Of a stretch of DNA of 64,000 nt, positions 27,287 to 38,729 are shown piece after piece (positions within the stretch are counted from its first letter, which is position 1; each line of letters starts with the position of its first letter). The stretch lies in assembly GCA_023920165.1 (NCBI GenBank), contig CP089281.1:496001-560000 (forward strand), read 5' to 3'. The notes under the pieces were generated by a model. It worked only from the letters and a program-made list of their open reading frames with translations, was not told the DNA's origin and did not search any database. Made by a program: the position numbers and the translations under genes. Source of the stretch: Curvularia clavata (lineage: Eukaryota).

Positions 27287-28927
27287 ATGGCAAACACCAC
27301 GTCTCACGAGGACATGGCCAGCCTCTCGTACTTCGACCACTCGTCGGCCAAACGCGTCAACACTGACATTGTACTCATCGAAGCAATCCGCTCACAGTAC
27401 CCCCATCTCGATCTCGTCGTCGCGCCCCAGGGCAAGCTCAACCTACTTGCTTATGCTGCCGCCGGCTTTGCAACAGCCACGCCCCTCGAAGACGTCGTCA
27501 AAGACCCAGTCTACGGCCCTGGTGTGAAGCAGAGAACCTATGTCCCCCCGGCGAAGAGGCTTGACGCCCGCCCAGGCCATATGATCGAGCGCGTCATCTT
27601 TGGCAAATACATGTACAAATGGAAAGATCAGGAGGCTATAGTATACCTTGCTGAAGGCCGCGATGGCTTCGGAGCATACCCAGCTACTGTCACGTACTAC
27701 ATCCTGTCGAATGCGGAACACAAAGTGGATGAGCTGATTAAGGATGCCACCATGTGGGGAGCTGAATTGCATGACGAGGTTTGGGTCTTTGACGGTGGTT
27801 ACTGGGAAAAGAGTGCCGAATTGTACAAGTCTGTACAAAAGAGTAGCTGGGACAATGTTATCCTAGATGAGGATATGAAGAAGTCGCTTATCGCTGACGT
27901 GGAAAACTTCTTTGACGGTCGCAAGACTTATGAAGACTTGAAAGTGCCGTGGAAGCGCGGCGTCATATACTACGGCCCGCCAGGCAACGGGAAGACCATC
28001 AGCATCAAGGCCATGATGCACAGTCTCTATCAACGCGGCACCAACGGTGACTCTAGACTCACTGTGCCTACCCTTTACGTCCGCTCCTTGAGCTCTTTTG
28101 CCGGTCCTGAATATTCTCTGAAAGCCATTTTCGGCAAAGCCCGTGAAGTAGCGCCCTGCTACCTCGTTTTCGAGGACCTGGATTCCATCGTTAAAGACAG
28201 CGTGCGATCCTACTTCCTCAATGAAGTCGACGGTCTCAAAGCAAACGACGGCATCCTCATGGTCGGCTCTACCAACCACCTCGACAGACTCGATCCAGGT
28301 ATTTCAAAAAGACCCAGCCGTTTCGATCGCAAGTACTACTTCCCCAATCCCGACTTTGACCAGCGAGTTCAATACGCCCAATTCTGGCAAAATAAACTCA
28401 AGGACAACAAGAACCTTGAATTCCCCGACGAACTTTGCGCCAAGATTGCAGAAATCACACCAAAATTCTCTTTCGCTTACATGCAAGAGGCCTTTGTTGC
28501 TGCACTCCTGGCAATCGCTGCTCGTGGAGGCAAGAGTGTTGCTGAAGCTGAGCGTGAGGCAGAAAGATGGGCGGGCCCTCAGGATCCTATGAAACTAGGT
28601 GCTGGTACTCTTCACGCCAACTTTGGGCGGAGAGCCCATCTGGATAACCCGAGTGACACTGCGTCTGGTTCAGGTCCCGACTTGGACAAGTTGGAACTAT
28701 GGGTTGAGATGAAGAAGCAGGTAAAGATCCTACGGGAGGAGATGGAAGGGGAGAAGGCCAAGAACGATTGGGAATTGCCCAGCCGTCCCAAAGACATGTA
28801 TGCACGACCATCGCAGCCGACTCAGTTTAGAGACGAGCTTGATGCCGTGCTGCATGGCGGGCAAGACAGGCGCCCGCGTCATCCTTTGGCTGAGTTTGAG
28901 CGTTTGTCCACTTGCACGAAATTTTGA
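27287..28927 (+). CDS. Single-module AAA+ ATPase of unknown function, single exon
   Basis: Walker A GPPGNGKT, Walker B LVFEDLD, sensor STNHLDRLDPGI, Arg finger RPSRFDR. Confidence 0.9.
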   Translation: MANTTSHEDMASLSYFDHSSAKRVNTDIVLIEAIRSQYPHLDLVVAPQGKLNLLAYAAAGFATATPLEDVVKDPVYGPGVKQRTYVPPAKRLDARPGHMIERVIFGKYMYKWKDQEAIVYLAEGRDGFGAYPATVTYYILSNAEHKVDELIKDATMWGAELHDEVWVFDGGYWEKSAELYKSVQKSSWDNVILDEDMKKSLIADVENFFDGRKTYEDLKVPWKRGVIYYGPPGNGKTISIKAMMHSLYQRGTNGDSRLTVPTLYVRSLSSFAGPEYSLKAIFGKAREVAPCYLVFEDLDSIVKDSVRSYFLNEVDGLKANDGILMVGSTNHLDRLDPGISKRPSRFDRKYYFPNPDFDQRVQYAQFWQNKLKDNKNLEFPDELCAKIAEITPKFSFAYMQEAFVAALLAIAARGGKSVAEAEREAERWAGPQDPMKLGAGTLHANFGRRAHLDNPSDTASGSGPDLDKLELWVEMKKQVKILREEMEGEKAKNDWELPSRPKDMYARPSQPTQFRDELDAVLHGGQDRRPRHPLAEFERLSTCTKF

Positions 28928-29052
28928 GTAAAGTTGAAGCAACTAAGTAAACCTAATGCGCCTGGCACAGTCTGCGCTATCTGAGCGGTGCAACGAACGT
29001 ATATAACCAGTAATGCCATAACCAAAATTGATGCATGCCATGCTTCCACAAT

Positions 29053-29775
29053 CTAGTCTCCATGCATAGCCGCCTCCTCCATAGCTAAAACAGCTTGCTC
29101 CAGCTCCCGAATCCTCTGTCCTACCCTCCTCTTCACCTCATCTGCAATGACCTGATCCTCACCCTCAACAACACCCCGGTAGTACTCCAACAATCGATCT
29201 AGCTCTTCTCGCGCAGCAGCCCGGTCGTCAGGCGCATACGTTGTATTCTTCTCGCTCTCCTCAGACGCAATCTCAAACTCGTCCCTTGCCGTGCCATACA
29301 ATTCCTGGATCTCCTCGATCGCCGCATCAACCGCTGCTTGCGCCTCAGGCGACAGCGACGACGCGGCATCTGCTGCTGCCGACGCAGCAGCAGCAAGTTT
29401 CCCGCGTGGAGAAGAAGTGAACGTGCGGACAGAAGAAAGGGTATTATATGGCGAGTTGAAGCGAGTCCATTGGTTGGGCGCCGCAAGTATCGACGTGTTG
29501 CGCGCCTGGTAGGGCGGGGGTGGAGAGGGCGACCGCGCGCGCTGCTGTGTGTACGTCTGGACCGAGAATTGCGCTGACGCCGGGTACGACGTGCGCTGTG
29601 CTGCTATCGCGCTGGCTCGAAGCGTCGTCTGCCGCAGCAGCGTACGGATAGGCGTCGCGCCTGAAGCCATCTTCGGCGGCGCCTGTCGATGGTATGCCGC
29701 TCGAAATTGGCGGGGGGCCGTCCGCTGGGCTACTGTGCGCAGCGAAGGCGTTTGTTTGAAGAGAATATGCGACAT
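29053..29775 (-). CDS. Hypothetical protein, probably mitochondrial
   Basis: 240-aa ORF with an Arg/Ser/Thr-rich N-terminal half lacking acidic residues, then an acidic helical domain (IQELYGTARDEFEIA...RVGQRIRELEQAV). Confidence 0.75.
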   Translation of the reverse strand: MSHILFKQTPSLRTVAQRTAPRQFRAAYHRQAPPKMASGATPIRTLLRQTTLRASAIAAQRTSYPASAQFSVQTYTQQRARSPSPPPPYQARNTSILAAPNQWTRFNSPYNTLSSVRTFTSSPRGKLAAAASAAADAASSLSPEAQAAVDAAIEEIQELYGTARDEFEIASEESEKNTTYAPDDRAAAREELDRLLEYYRGVVEGEDQVIADEVKRRVGQRIRELEQAVLAMEEAAMHGD

Positions 29776-30186
29776 AGCGGGTGGTGGTACTAGAGTAGGT
29801 GTGTAGGTGAGACTGGGCTGTGCTGAGCCTGAGGTTGAGCGGAGTTAACGGCCTTCGTGCGCTTATTATGACGGTATCGATTACAGCAATGCCTCTTGTT
29901 AGGTGTGGCTGTGGACTCGCTTTCCCAAAAAGCTCTTAATCTTTTTTCTGTTTTCATTCCATCTCATGGGATCTCCAAGCTCAGCTTTCGTCTAATATTA
30001 ATCAACGCTTGCGTAACAGCAAATATGCATAGGGAGTGTGATGTCGAGACAGCATGTCTGGGTTTGGCCCCACTAGGCATATTGGAGCTACGGATTTAGG
30101 TCAGCCCCAGTCGCTTCGCCTTTGCGCTCCCTTTGTCTAAAGTCTATGAATCATGATTTTTGAAATTTATTCATCGAAGACAACTG

Positions 30187-30279
30187 GCGAGCGTAGTCTA
30201 GTGGTTATGATGTCTGCTTTACATCTTTCAATCAGATATAAAGCGCAGAAGGTCGGGAGTTCGATCCTCCCCGCTCGTA
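30187..30279 (+). tRNA. tRNA-Val(UAC) with a 20-nt intron (30224-30243)
   Basis: Acceptor stem GCGAGCG/CGCTCGT; D-arm with A-box TAGTCTAGTGG; anticodon stem TCTGC/GCAGA with loop TT-TAC-A^C; T-arm GGGAG-TTCGATC-CTCCC; discriminator A. Confidence 0.92.
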
Positions 30280-32230
30280 TGCATCAACAGAGACTTTATT
30301 TTTGCTTTTTGGACAGCTTGCGTCGTTGTGAAAAAGCATCTCGAACGTTAAGGTGGATGAAGCCTGCCAAATTGCGTGGTGTAGAATGCTTATTTTTAGC
30401 CTTGAAACCAAAGTGCCCATGCGATAGGAACAACTGCTCCGTAGCTTGTACTCAAAGAGATACGTCGCAAAGAGCTTTGTCATGAAAAACCCAGTCATTA
30501 CTCAAGGGTCGTGCAAGATCAGACGAAGAGTCTGCTGACATTTCTGTTGGATGAATACAGTGCGCGCAAACCATTAGTTAATAGCTGCGGAAACCTCTCA
30601 TACCGTAATGAAGCGTTAAGGACTGTACTCAGACAATGGTATCTAACTTCATCTTCTTGCTTTATTGCGCATGTTGCTTTGAATCGATCGCTCCTCTAAT
30701 TTGAACATGTCTTTTGAAGCTTAGTGGTATTTCAAAGAGATCGCAACAGTGCATTGTAAGAAGGCCTAGAAGAGGGTCGATGTGTAGAGCCTCATATAGC
30801 TGTAATGTGCGCGTTATCACCTGGCTTGTTATTCACAATATAAAGTCGTGGTATCCTAGGTCCATGACTGTATAAACTAACCATTAGCTATCTCTACGTA
30901 AGCAGGATATATAAGATACTGCCCATAGGGGCCGCGATTTAGTACGTCAGTTGAGAGCCGAAATTAAGTCTGGTACCAATTGGTAGAGCATCCTCCTTGA
31001 GATGTTCTTGTATCTAGAAATGTATTGTAGAAGGGTCCCTACTATAGGAAACCCCTCTGAAAGACTCATTCCAGTGAGTCGGTCAGGCACAGATATTTGG
31101 TTTAACTATGCCGCTAGGACTGGCCATCAGTCAAGTCTGGTGATGGCCGGAGTTGAGTAACCGCATAAAATCTGAGGGCACCGAAGGCCCATGGATTTGA
31201 ACGATCATCATTGAGAGAGTGCCGAGACATTTGGCGGGAAGCTTGGTAGCAAAAAGCCATCTAACCCCTGTGAGAAATGGTCTCCACGGTCTAGCACCCT
31301 ACGGAATGCATGCGTGATAGCTACTTCATGCCCTAGTCGCGACACGTGCGCTGTAAAGATTCGCATATTGTCGGTACATTTAGGCCTAATCTGGATCGGA
31401 GAATCTGTTGCAACAAGCTTTTCTTGGTCCTCTGGAACCTTCATTCATGCTCACGAAGATATTTCACTTACGGTGGGGGTAAAGGTGAGGTCGCCGGAGT
31501 CGGTGATTTGTGCCCCTCCTTTGTGGCCTTGGAGACGAACTGCCCCACCACGATGGGGACTCGCAAAAGTCTACGCGTCATAGCTTTTGCAACTTGTCAA
31601 CAATGATAGAAGTTATTCCACAGCTCAGAGGATACTTGCTGGAGCTTCATTCATTAAATTACTGAGAAACTTGTCATATTGCACCACTCGAAGCATCCAT
31701 AGGTTGTGTAGTGTATGTTGATTCTTGTCCAATGTGCGTTAAGCATACGCTCATTCGATTCCAGGTAGTGGTTATCACTTCAGATTTTGACTTCTCAAAT
31801 TTCTGATAACCCCGGTTCGGTAAGACAATCCTTCATGGTCGTCCATGTGATATCAGTTCCTAACATTGAGAAGAACCCGGGCACGACCTTGTAAACTTCT
31901 TTTTTTGTCACTTTCGTAGCCATTACCAACAAACTTGCGGATGTAAAGGAGAACACTTTTGTCACTGATGGGCAGGACTTTTACCTCTTGACTGAATCGA
32001 TATTGCCTTTTCTCTCTATCCTGACAACTTGGTAGGTCTCTAACTATTGTTTTTTTTAATTGAACGATATGTTCAATCCCTGTTTCGTTGATGAATAATA
32101 AAATAAACATAGAAGACTTTGGAAATCAATTGGGTAGCTTCGCTGTGCAAAGCTTACAATAATAACACTACATGATATTGAGTTGAGCCGACAGGAACAA
32201 CAATGAATTGATGAGATAATCTAGGAGCTA

Positions 32231-33454
32231 TTATATTTGTCGGGCGGGCTTCACAGTACCGACGCATGCTCCAAACCCGACTCCCGCGCTGCCGTCACCG
32301 AGTACACCAATGTACCTTACTTCGTCTCCATCGTTGAGGTAGCGTAGTTCAGTTCCATCGCTCAGTTGGGTTGGTGCCTTGCCATTCTTCGTAAGTTCAA
32401 GCAAGCATCCGTGCTCATGCTTTTGTTCGCCCGATACTGTTCCGCTGGCGACCAAGTCTCCAGAGCGAAGCCCGCAACCGCCAATGGTATGGTGCGCTAG
32501 CATGTGTCTGAATGTCCAATACATCGTCTCGAAGCCGACCTTGCATGTTGTTGTCTGGACTCCGTTTCGGATGATTTGTCCTTCGAGTTGAATGCTGTAA
32601 TTTGTGCTCTTGGGGTCGTCCATAAAGGTAGCAACAGGCTCCATTCGCTCTGGTGCAGGCACTTCAAAGGGCTTCAACGCTTCTAGCGTTACGATCCAGG
32701 GTGCAATAGAAGTCATGAAGTTCTTTCCGTTGAAAGGGCCTAGGGGATTCATCTCTAGGCCTTGAATGTCTCTTGCACTCCAGTCGTTCAGCAGAACGAG
32801 GCCGAAGATGTGCTCATCGGCGTCTTTTGCATTAAGGATTGTGCCTGGCTCTACGGGCTTGCCAATGACCGCAGCGACTTCCATCTCGTAATCTAATCCT
32901 CGAGATGGACCAAATATGATTTTCTTTTCAGAAACGGTGTAGTCCTCGATGAACTGGCCCAAGGGTCTTGTGACTGATGCTCCTGATAGGGTGATGGAGG
33001 AACATCGACCCGCGTAACCCACTGGATACTTCTTAAAAGCAGGTGGGAATGCTCGGACTCCCATCACAGCTTCTCCCGCATTTAGAACATGGTTCGCTGA
33101 CGCGCTGTAATCTGTGAAGTCGCCAATGTGGAGTGGCAGATAAAGGCTCACATCATTAATGTTTTCCGCATAATTGCTGTGCAAATTGCTCTTGTAGGTT
33201 TCTTGAATTGCGGATCTCACTTTTGCGTGTACGTCTTTTCCGAGTGCGGCGAAGGTGTTCAAGGTGGGTTCGCGAAAGATAGAGGATAGCGGCGCTGGAA
33301 TTGCTTTGAAGGCATCGTGCTCAGTGATTTCAGCAAGAAATATGACCTGATCCTCAATACGTGTGACACACTGTGGACTTTTCCGCTTCGAAGAGCTTGC
33401 AATTCCGTAAGGAATGTTGTTAATGCTAAAATGCGAGGCGTAACTGTCTGCCAT
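32231..33454 (-). CDS. Fumarylacetoacetate hydrolase-family protein (divergent FahA paralog), single exon
   Basis: SHFSINNIPYGI, GDFTDY..H, PVGYAGRCSS, LDYEMEVA, LLNDWSARDIQ, PLGPFNGKNF, SGTVSG, GCLLE. Confidence 0.92.
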   Translation of the reverse strand: MADSYASHFSINNIPYGIASSSKRKSPQCVTRIEDQVIFLAEITEHDAFKAIPAPLSSIFREPTLNTFAALGKDVHAKVRSAIQETYKSNLHSNYAENINDVSLYLPLHIGDFTDYSASANHVLNAGEAVMGVRAFPPAFKKYPVGYAGRCSSITLSGASVTRPLGQFIEDYTVSEKKIIFGPSRGLDYEMEVAAVIGKPVEPGTILNAKDADEHIFGLVLLNDWSARDIQGLEMNPLGPFNGKNFMTSIAPWIVTLEALKPFEVPAPERMEPVATFMDDPKSTNYSIQLEGQIIRNGVQTTTCKVGFETMYWTFRHMLAHHTIGGCGLRSGDLVASGTVSGEQKHEHGCLLELTKNGKAPTQLSDGTELRYLNDGDEVRYIGVLGDGSAGVGFGACVGTVKPARQI

Positions 33455-34358
33455 TGTGATGGTAGGAACTGGTTATTGAAATGATTTTTGTGAGAGGAGT
33501 ATCTTGTAAACGCTACAATGCTCGATGTTTAGCAAAGCAATAACAGCTTAAGCTCACTGTGTCCCTCCTAGGTCTGAGACCGCAACCGTGATGGCTGTCA
33601 ATGTGTGGGGTCGTAAGTGGATATTTCGGAAGTTGTTCCTCCACATCGGGCCCTCCAGATAGAGTATCAATTGTAATCGGTATCCGAAATGACCGAGATA
33701 CATAACGCGGTATTCATATCGGCTATCTGGTGCTCTATGTGTGCCTGGTGTTAGTATAGTAGCAGGGCCTTTAAACGTCTTGAAGGACAGAGTAGCCCGT
33801 GATCTGTGTAAAGGGGCTTGGGATGTTTGTGTGCTGACCCTACCTTCATCTCAACGAGTCCAGAGCGCCTGAAATGTACTTGCTTATGACCTGGAAACAA
33901 CTGAACAGATGCATTGCCCAGTTAATGCTGTAGGCGGTACGACTCCTTGGGGCAGAGCTCGGTTTAGACAAGTGCACATGTTATCGATGGTTAGCAGGAC
34001 TGAAATGCGATCCGCAAGCGGTCGCCCACGAACCCCTCTTACGCATGACCCCACTAGAGAAGCCGCCTCATAGCTCAAACCACTGTTTTGAATTCCAATG
34101 CGCCATATGTGCAGCATGACCCCGCCCTAAAGGCGCGGGCCCTGCGCCGGCAGATGCAAGTGGTATAGCCGCTCATCAACGCGTCCCCCACATCGGAAGA
34201 CCATGGACGGATTCTTGGACGGTTTCTACATCTGCCCTTTTTTTTTGTTACAGTCTATCAATATCTGGTTTCCTTAAGTTTTTCATCTATGAGATCAAAT
34301 TCAAGCAAAACAACAACCTCACACATCACATTACCACATTTTGCGGCTATCCTTCAGC

Positions 34359-34919
34359 ATGGCCGCTAAAAGCAATATTCCAAACGACCTTCCCAAGATC
34401 AACCGCTTTATCACAACCCACGATCCTGCTACAAAGCAAGCCATCTTCTCCGATGCCGTCCCCGAAGAGCACAAAGTCGATCCCATACCAGGGGCTGAGT
34501 TCCGGCTGGGATATGTCACCAAAGGGTTTCCTGTTGATCTGAACAAGGATGCCGACCTAGCAGTCTACAAACCATATCTAGAGAGCTCTCCTGGCCTTGT
34601 TGTATCGGGAGGTACAGTCCTGCGCTTCGTAGACGTGGCGCCTGGTCATCTGTCGCCGATGCACCGGACTGTATCGCTGGACTATGGAGTTGTGTTGGAG
34701 GGCGAATTCGAGTTGGTGCTGGATTCGGGAGAGACCAGACGCATGAATCGAGGAGATGTTGCGATTCAGAGGGGCACAATGCACGCTTGGAGGAACTTGA
34801 GCACGACATCTTGGGGACGAATGATGTACGTTCTGCAGGAGTGCAAGCCAGTAGAGGTCAATGGGGAAGTGTTGAAAGAAGACTACGGCACCATGAAGGG
34901 CGTGCCAAAGTCGTCATAG
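34359..34919 (+). CDS. Cupin-2 barrel protein (fungal MHRTxSLDYG type)
   Basis: RFITTHD, GGTVLRFVD, SPMHRTVSLDYGVVLEGE, GDVAIQRGTMHAWRN. ATG at 34359 in agcATGg context. Confidence 0.9.
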   Translation: MAAKSNIPNDLPKINRFITTHDPATKQAIFSDAVPEEHKVDPIPGAEFRLGYVTKGFPVDLNKDADLAVYKPYLESSPGLVVSGGTVLRFVDVAPGHLSPMHRTVSLDYGVVLEGEFELVLDSGETRRMNRGDVAIQRGTMHAWRNLSTTSWGRMMYVLQECKPVEVNGEVLKEDYGTMKGVPKSS

Positions 34920-35194
34920 CGTATCTAAGAGGCACTGGCAGTGTTGTCTTCTTTGCGTACTACAAATAAAACATGTATTCTCTGCATGACCATTTTTATG
35001 GAAAGAAAGATAGTCACAACATGATTGCTCGCTCAATGATACGGCGAATGACACAAACTTTCAAGCACAAGCAAAACAAATCTCGAGTCGTGAGGCTCGT
35101 ACGAAGGCTCAGGAACGGAACTCGCCCCGACCACCTAGGTAGCGGGGCATTCCGCGACACTGCGCTAGACACACCAAATAGATGTAATACAATC

Positions 35195-35206
35195 CTCCAC
35201 ATTCCG
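35195..35206 (-). promoter_or_regulatory. Composite motif CGG-AAT-GTGGAG upstream of the CocE hydrolase
   Basis: Plus strand CTCCACATTCCG, ~137 nt before ATG 35343; repeated in other cluster promoters. Confidence 0.65.
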
Positions 35207-35342
35207 AGCCCGCCCCTCCAAACGTCGCATTTGGACGGCGGCGCGTCGTCGGCACCGGCGCTCACAGTGCGTTGCAACGGTTCTTTTATATCCAAATTGT
35301 CTGACAAAATACATTCCTTCATACTTCATCACCATTGACACC

Positions 35343-37243
35343 ATGTCTGAACAGTTGGAAATCAAAGATGCGCATACTGTCGACGAAACGTCGTTTCCCT
35401 ACATTTTTGAGCAGAACGCTGCGGTTCCGCTCAAGTCATCCTCCAAAGGAATTATCCGTTGCAATGTCTACCGCCCGAAATCAACCAAGGAGGGCACAAA
35501 ACTTCCCGTGTTGGTGACTTACGGACCATATGGAAAAGACATCCACTACAAAGAGTACGCGGGTCGCGTTTTACCACTGTATCCCTGGGACTGACACTTT
35601 ACAGTTTCCACGGAAAGTCATTCTCGGAAGTGAATTCTGAGCACCATTCTGATCACTCAGCATGGGAAACTCCCGACCCAGGCTTCTGGACGAAGCACGA
35701 CTATGCCATTGTGCGCGCGGATGAGCGTGGACTGGGACAATCACCAGGCTTCCTGGACACCATGTCCAGAGGAACCAGCGAGGCTTTCTTCGACGTCGTC
35801 GAGTGGGCAGCTGAGCAACCCTGGTCATCTGGAAAGGTTGGGTTGTTGGGCATCAGCTACTACGCTGGTTCGCAATGGCGTGTAGCGGCGCGAAGACCCA
35901 AAGGTCTAGCTGCTATAATACCGTGGGAGGGTATGAGTGATTATTACCGAGACAGATGCCGCCACGGAGGTATCTTGAGTAACAAGTTCATCGATTTCTG
36001 GTGGTGAGCATCGCTTTCCTCCTTTCCTAAAAAGCTCAACGCTCATGCTCTCAGGAACCGACAAGTCATCACAAACCAGTATGGTCGCCCAGGCCGTGCC
36101 GAGCGAAACTGGGGACCAGACACAGTCGACGGAAATCTATCCGAAGAAGTGCGCGCAAAGAACCGACAAGATCAGACTATTGATACCGCGAAATTCAAGT
36201 ATCGCGACGAGCTGTACTACGCGAGTAAAGAGTATGATATGAGCGACATTGAAGTGCCACTACTCTCAGTCGGCAACTGGGGCGGGATTCTGCTTCACCT
36301 TCGTGGCAACATCGAGGGCTATGTTCACGCCGGATCAGAGTTCAAATACCTTCGAATGATCACAGGCAGGCACGATCTGCCTTTTTACTACAAGGAAGAG
36401 GTCGAGATACAACGAAGCTTCCTTGACGCTTTCCTCAAGGGAGATGACCGAGTTGGCTGGTCCGTAAAGGGCAAGCTGCCTCCAGTCGACATGGTTCTCC
36501 GCAAGGGTGACGTAGGCTTCGATGATGCCGAGAAAGAGAAGGTGTACCAGAGGCGGACTGAGAACGAGTGGCCCATCGCCCGAACTCGTTACACAAAGTT
36601 CTATCTTACTCCATCTCAGAGTCTGACTCAAGTCCAACCCATTGTCAGCAGACCGCAAAAGCTCACATACGAGGCGCTGGGTACGCTGGACGACCCTAGG
36701 CGACTTCAGTTTACCACGGCTCCGTTCGAAGAAGAGACGGAGATTACGGGACACATTGTTGCCCACTTGAACGTCTCGCTCTCAGCTCATGCCATGTACG
36801 ACACACCCAGCGACATTGACCTGTTCCTCACTCTACGCTACATTTCGCCCGAGGGCAAGGAAGTCTACTACACCGGTACCGCCGGCGACCCTATTCCCCT
36901 CGCCAAGGGTTGGTTGCGCGTCAGTCTCCGCAAGACGAACCCCAATCATCCCAAGCACCGGGAGTACCTGCCCTGGAGAGACTACTTCAGCACCGACGTG
37001 CAGCCCGTAGTTCCCGGCGACGTCTATGCCGTTGACGTCGAGGTCTGGCCGACCAACGTTATTGTGGAGAAGGGCGGCAAGATTGTGTTTGAAGTCAGCA
37101 GCGGCGATACACAGGGCAGTGGTATCTTCCAGCATAACCATCCTGAGGATAGGAGTAAAGAGAAGTTTGCTGGGTGGAACCATATCAATTTCAGTGAGAA
37201 GGCGGTTAATTATGTTACGCTGCCGATTGTGCCACCGAAATAG
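35343..37243 (+). CDS. CocE/NonD family (peptidase S15-like) serine ester/amide hydrolase; exons 35343-35554, 35605-36003, 36055-37243
   Basis: PVLVTYGPYGKD, RADERGLGQSPG, WSSGKVGLLGISYYAG (GxSYxG nucleophile elbow), LHLRGN, GRHDLPFY and a C-terminal jelly-roll (EITGH, GWLRVSLR, VEVWPT). Two ~50-nt canonical introns. Confidence 0.92.
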
Positions 37244-37633
37244 AGGACGGGTAAGATGTTTGTAGATAGGAAACGAGATGATATTTACAATGTAACTATG
37301 TATTGTAAGAACGACTATTTTTGAACTTTCACAGCTCTTGTCTAGCATTGATCTGTTTTAATCTAGTGCAATCTCATGAAGGAGTAATACGTGCTTATCT
37401 GGTGAAAGTTCTGCCAGTAAGGATGGTATATTGCTGTGCGCCCGCTTATGAATTTACGCAGTATCCCACTGCAAGGATGGGTATGACAACAAGCTTCCTT
37501 AACCGAAACAATAAATGGCAACGTCGACTAGGGTTGAGTGAAATGGAATCAAAATAAACGTGATTGATGAAGATACATATATGTCGAACCAAAAGAAAAA
37601 GAATGCCACGGAAATAAAGTAAATTCCAACTCG

Positions 37634-38497
37634 TCAAGTCCACCTGCCAATCTTGAACTGGCTATTGCACATGTTGACTAACTCCCAGTCTTCAGCACCG
37701 AGTTCGCACTCGTCGGTTTCCTTCTTGCTGCCATCGACAGCACCAGCAACAAAGCATGCGGCCATGTAGTGGTCGTCGGTAGCATGTGCGTCCCTGAACA
37801 TGGGGTGCTTCATCAGTCTTGTAATACCACGGGTGAGACTGCCCTTCTTTGCGCCCTTTCTGCAGCAGCGAATGAAAACGTCCTCGACGCACTGGCGGAA
37901 CTCGAGCATGGGAGCTTCGGGCGGGTATGGCTGGGCAAAGTTGTCCGAGTACCTGAGCATTTGGGCCCAGTGGTTGCGGTAAAGGTTGTGGACGGCGCCT
38001 CCGGTTCCGATGATGAGGTATCCCTCGTCGCGGAACTTGGAGAGGATGTTACCGACGCGGGCGTGCAGGTGTGGGTCAAACCGAGAGTTCATGCTGATAA
38101 TGGTGGTGGGCGGGCATTTCTCTGGGAACATTCTAACGAGAATGAGATATGTGTCGTGGATCCAGTCAAACGACTCGTTGGGTCGGGCATCGATGGCCTT
38201 TTCCCGCAGAGCGGCAATGCATTTCTTTCCGGTCTCGAGGTCCGGGACAAGCTCGTAGTCTTTGTATTTGCGAGGGTGGACATAGGCGACGGGAGATTTG
38301 GCGGGCTTGGGGTTCATGGCAACGTCAATGCGGTTTACGCCACGAGCGTCCCAGTGGGCGCCCATCATGATGACGCCTTTGAAGCCATGTGCGAGGGCTT
38401 CGTCGCCACAGGCCTTCCAGTATGTGGCGGATTTGGACTCTTCGCCAAGCATCATGGTCGAGCCATGGGAGAAGAAGTAGACTGGGGGTATCGCCAT
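37634..38497 (-). CDS. LigB-superfamily (class III) extradiol ring-cleavage dioxygenase, DODA/YgiD-like, 287 aa
   Basis: FFSHGS, GAHW, DWIHD, LIIGTGGAVHNL, AHATDDHY. Start taken as MAIPPVY (38497); the ORF track extends upstream to 38725. Confidence 0.9.
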   Translation of the reverse strand: MAIPPVYFFSHGSTMMLGEESKSATYWKACGDEALAHGFKGVIMMGAHWDARGVNRIDVAMNPKPAKSPVAYVHPRKYKDYELVPDLETGKKCIAALREKAIDARPNESFDWIHDTYLILVRMFPEKCPPTTIISMNSRFDPHLHARVGNILSKFRDEGYLIIGTGGAVHNLYRNHWAQMLRYSDNFAQPYPPEAPMLEFRQCVEDVFIRCCRKGAKKGSLTRGITRLMKHPMFRDAHATDDHYMAACFVAGAVDGSKKETDECELGAEDWELVNMCNSQFKIGRWT

Positions 38498-38729
38498 GGC
38501 TGTGAAGATGGTCTGTGTATACTGCAGCAAGAGAGAGGGGTGAATGTGGGTATTTGGATGGGTGCAGATTGCAGTATTCAAGGATGGCTCTGGCAATGGC
38601 CGTAGTGCTGGTCGTAGGGCATCGACGGTAGAGCAACACAAGTGCCGTTCGCAATGCGGATGCTTTGGAAGCTTATCCCGTCTTAGTCGATGGTCTCTGT
38701 GTGGCCCGGCGGTTTCCCATGGCAAAAGT

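Noticed and set aside
37769..38605. 278-aa plus-strand ORF
   Set aside because: Antisense shadow of the LigB gene caused by codon bias; no motifs.
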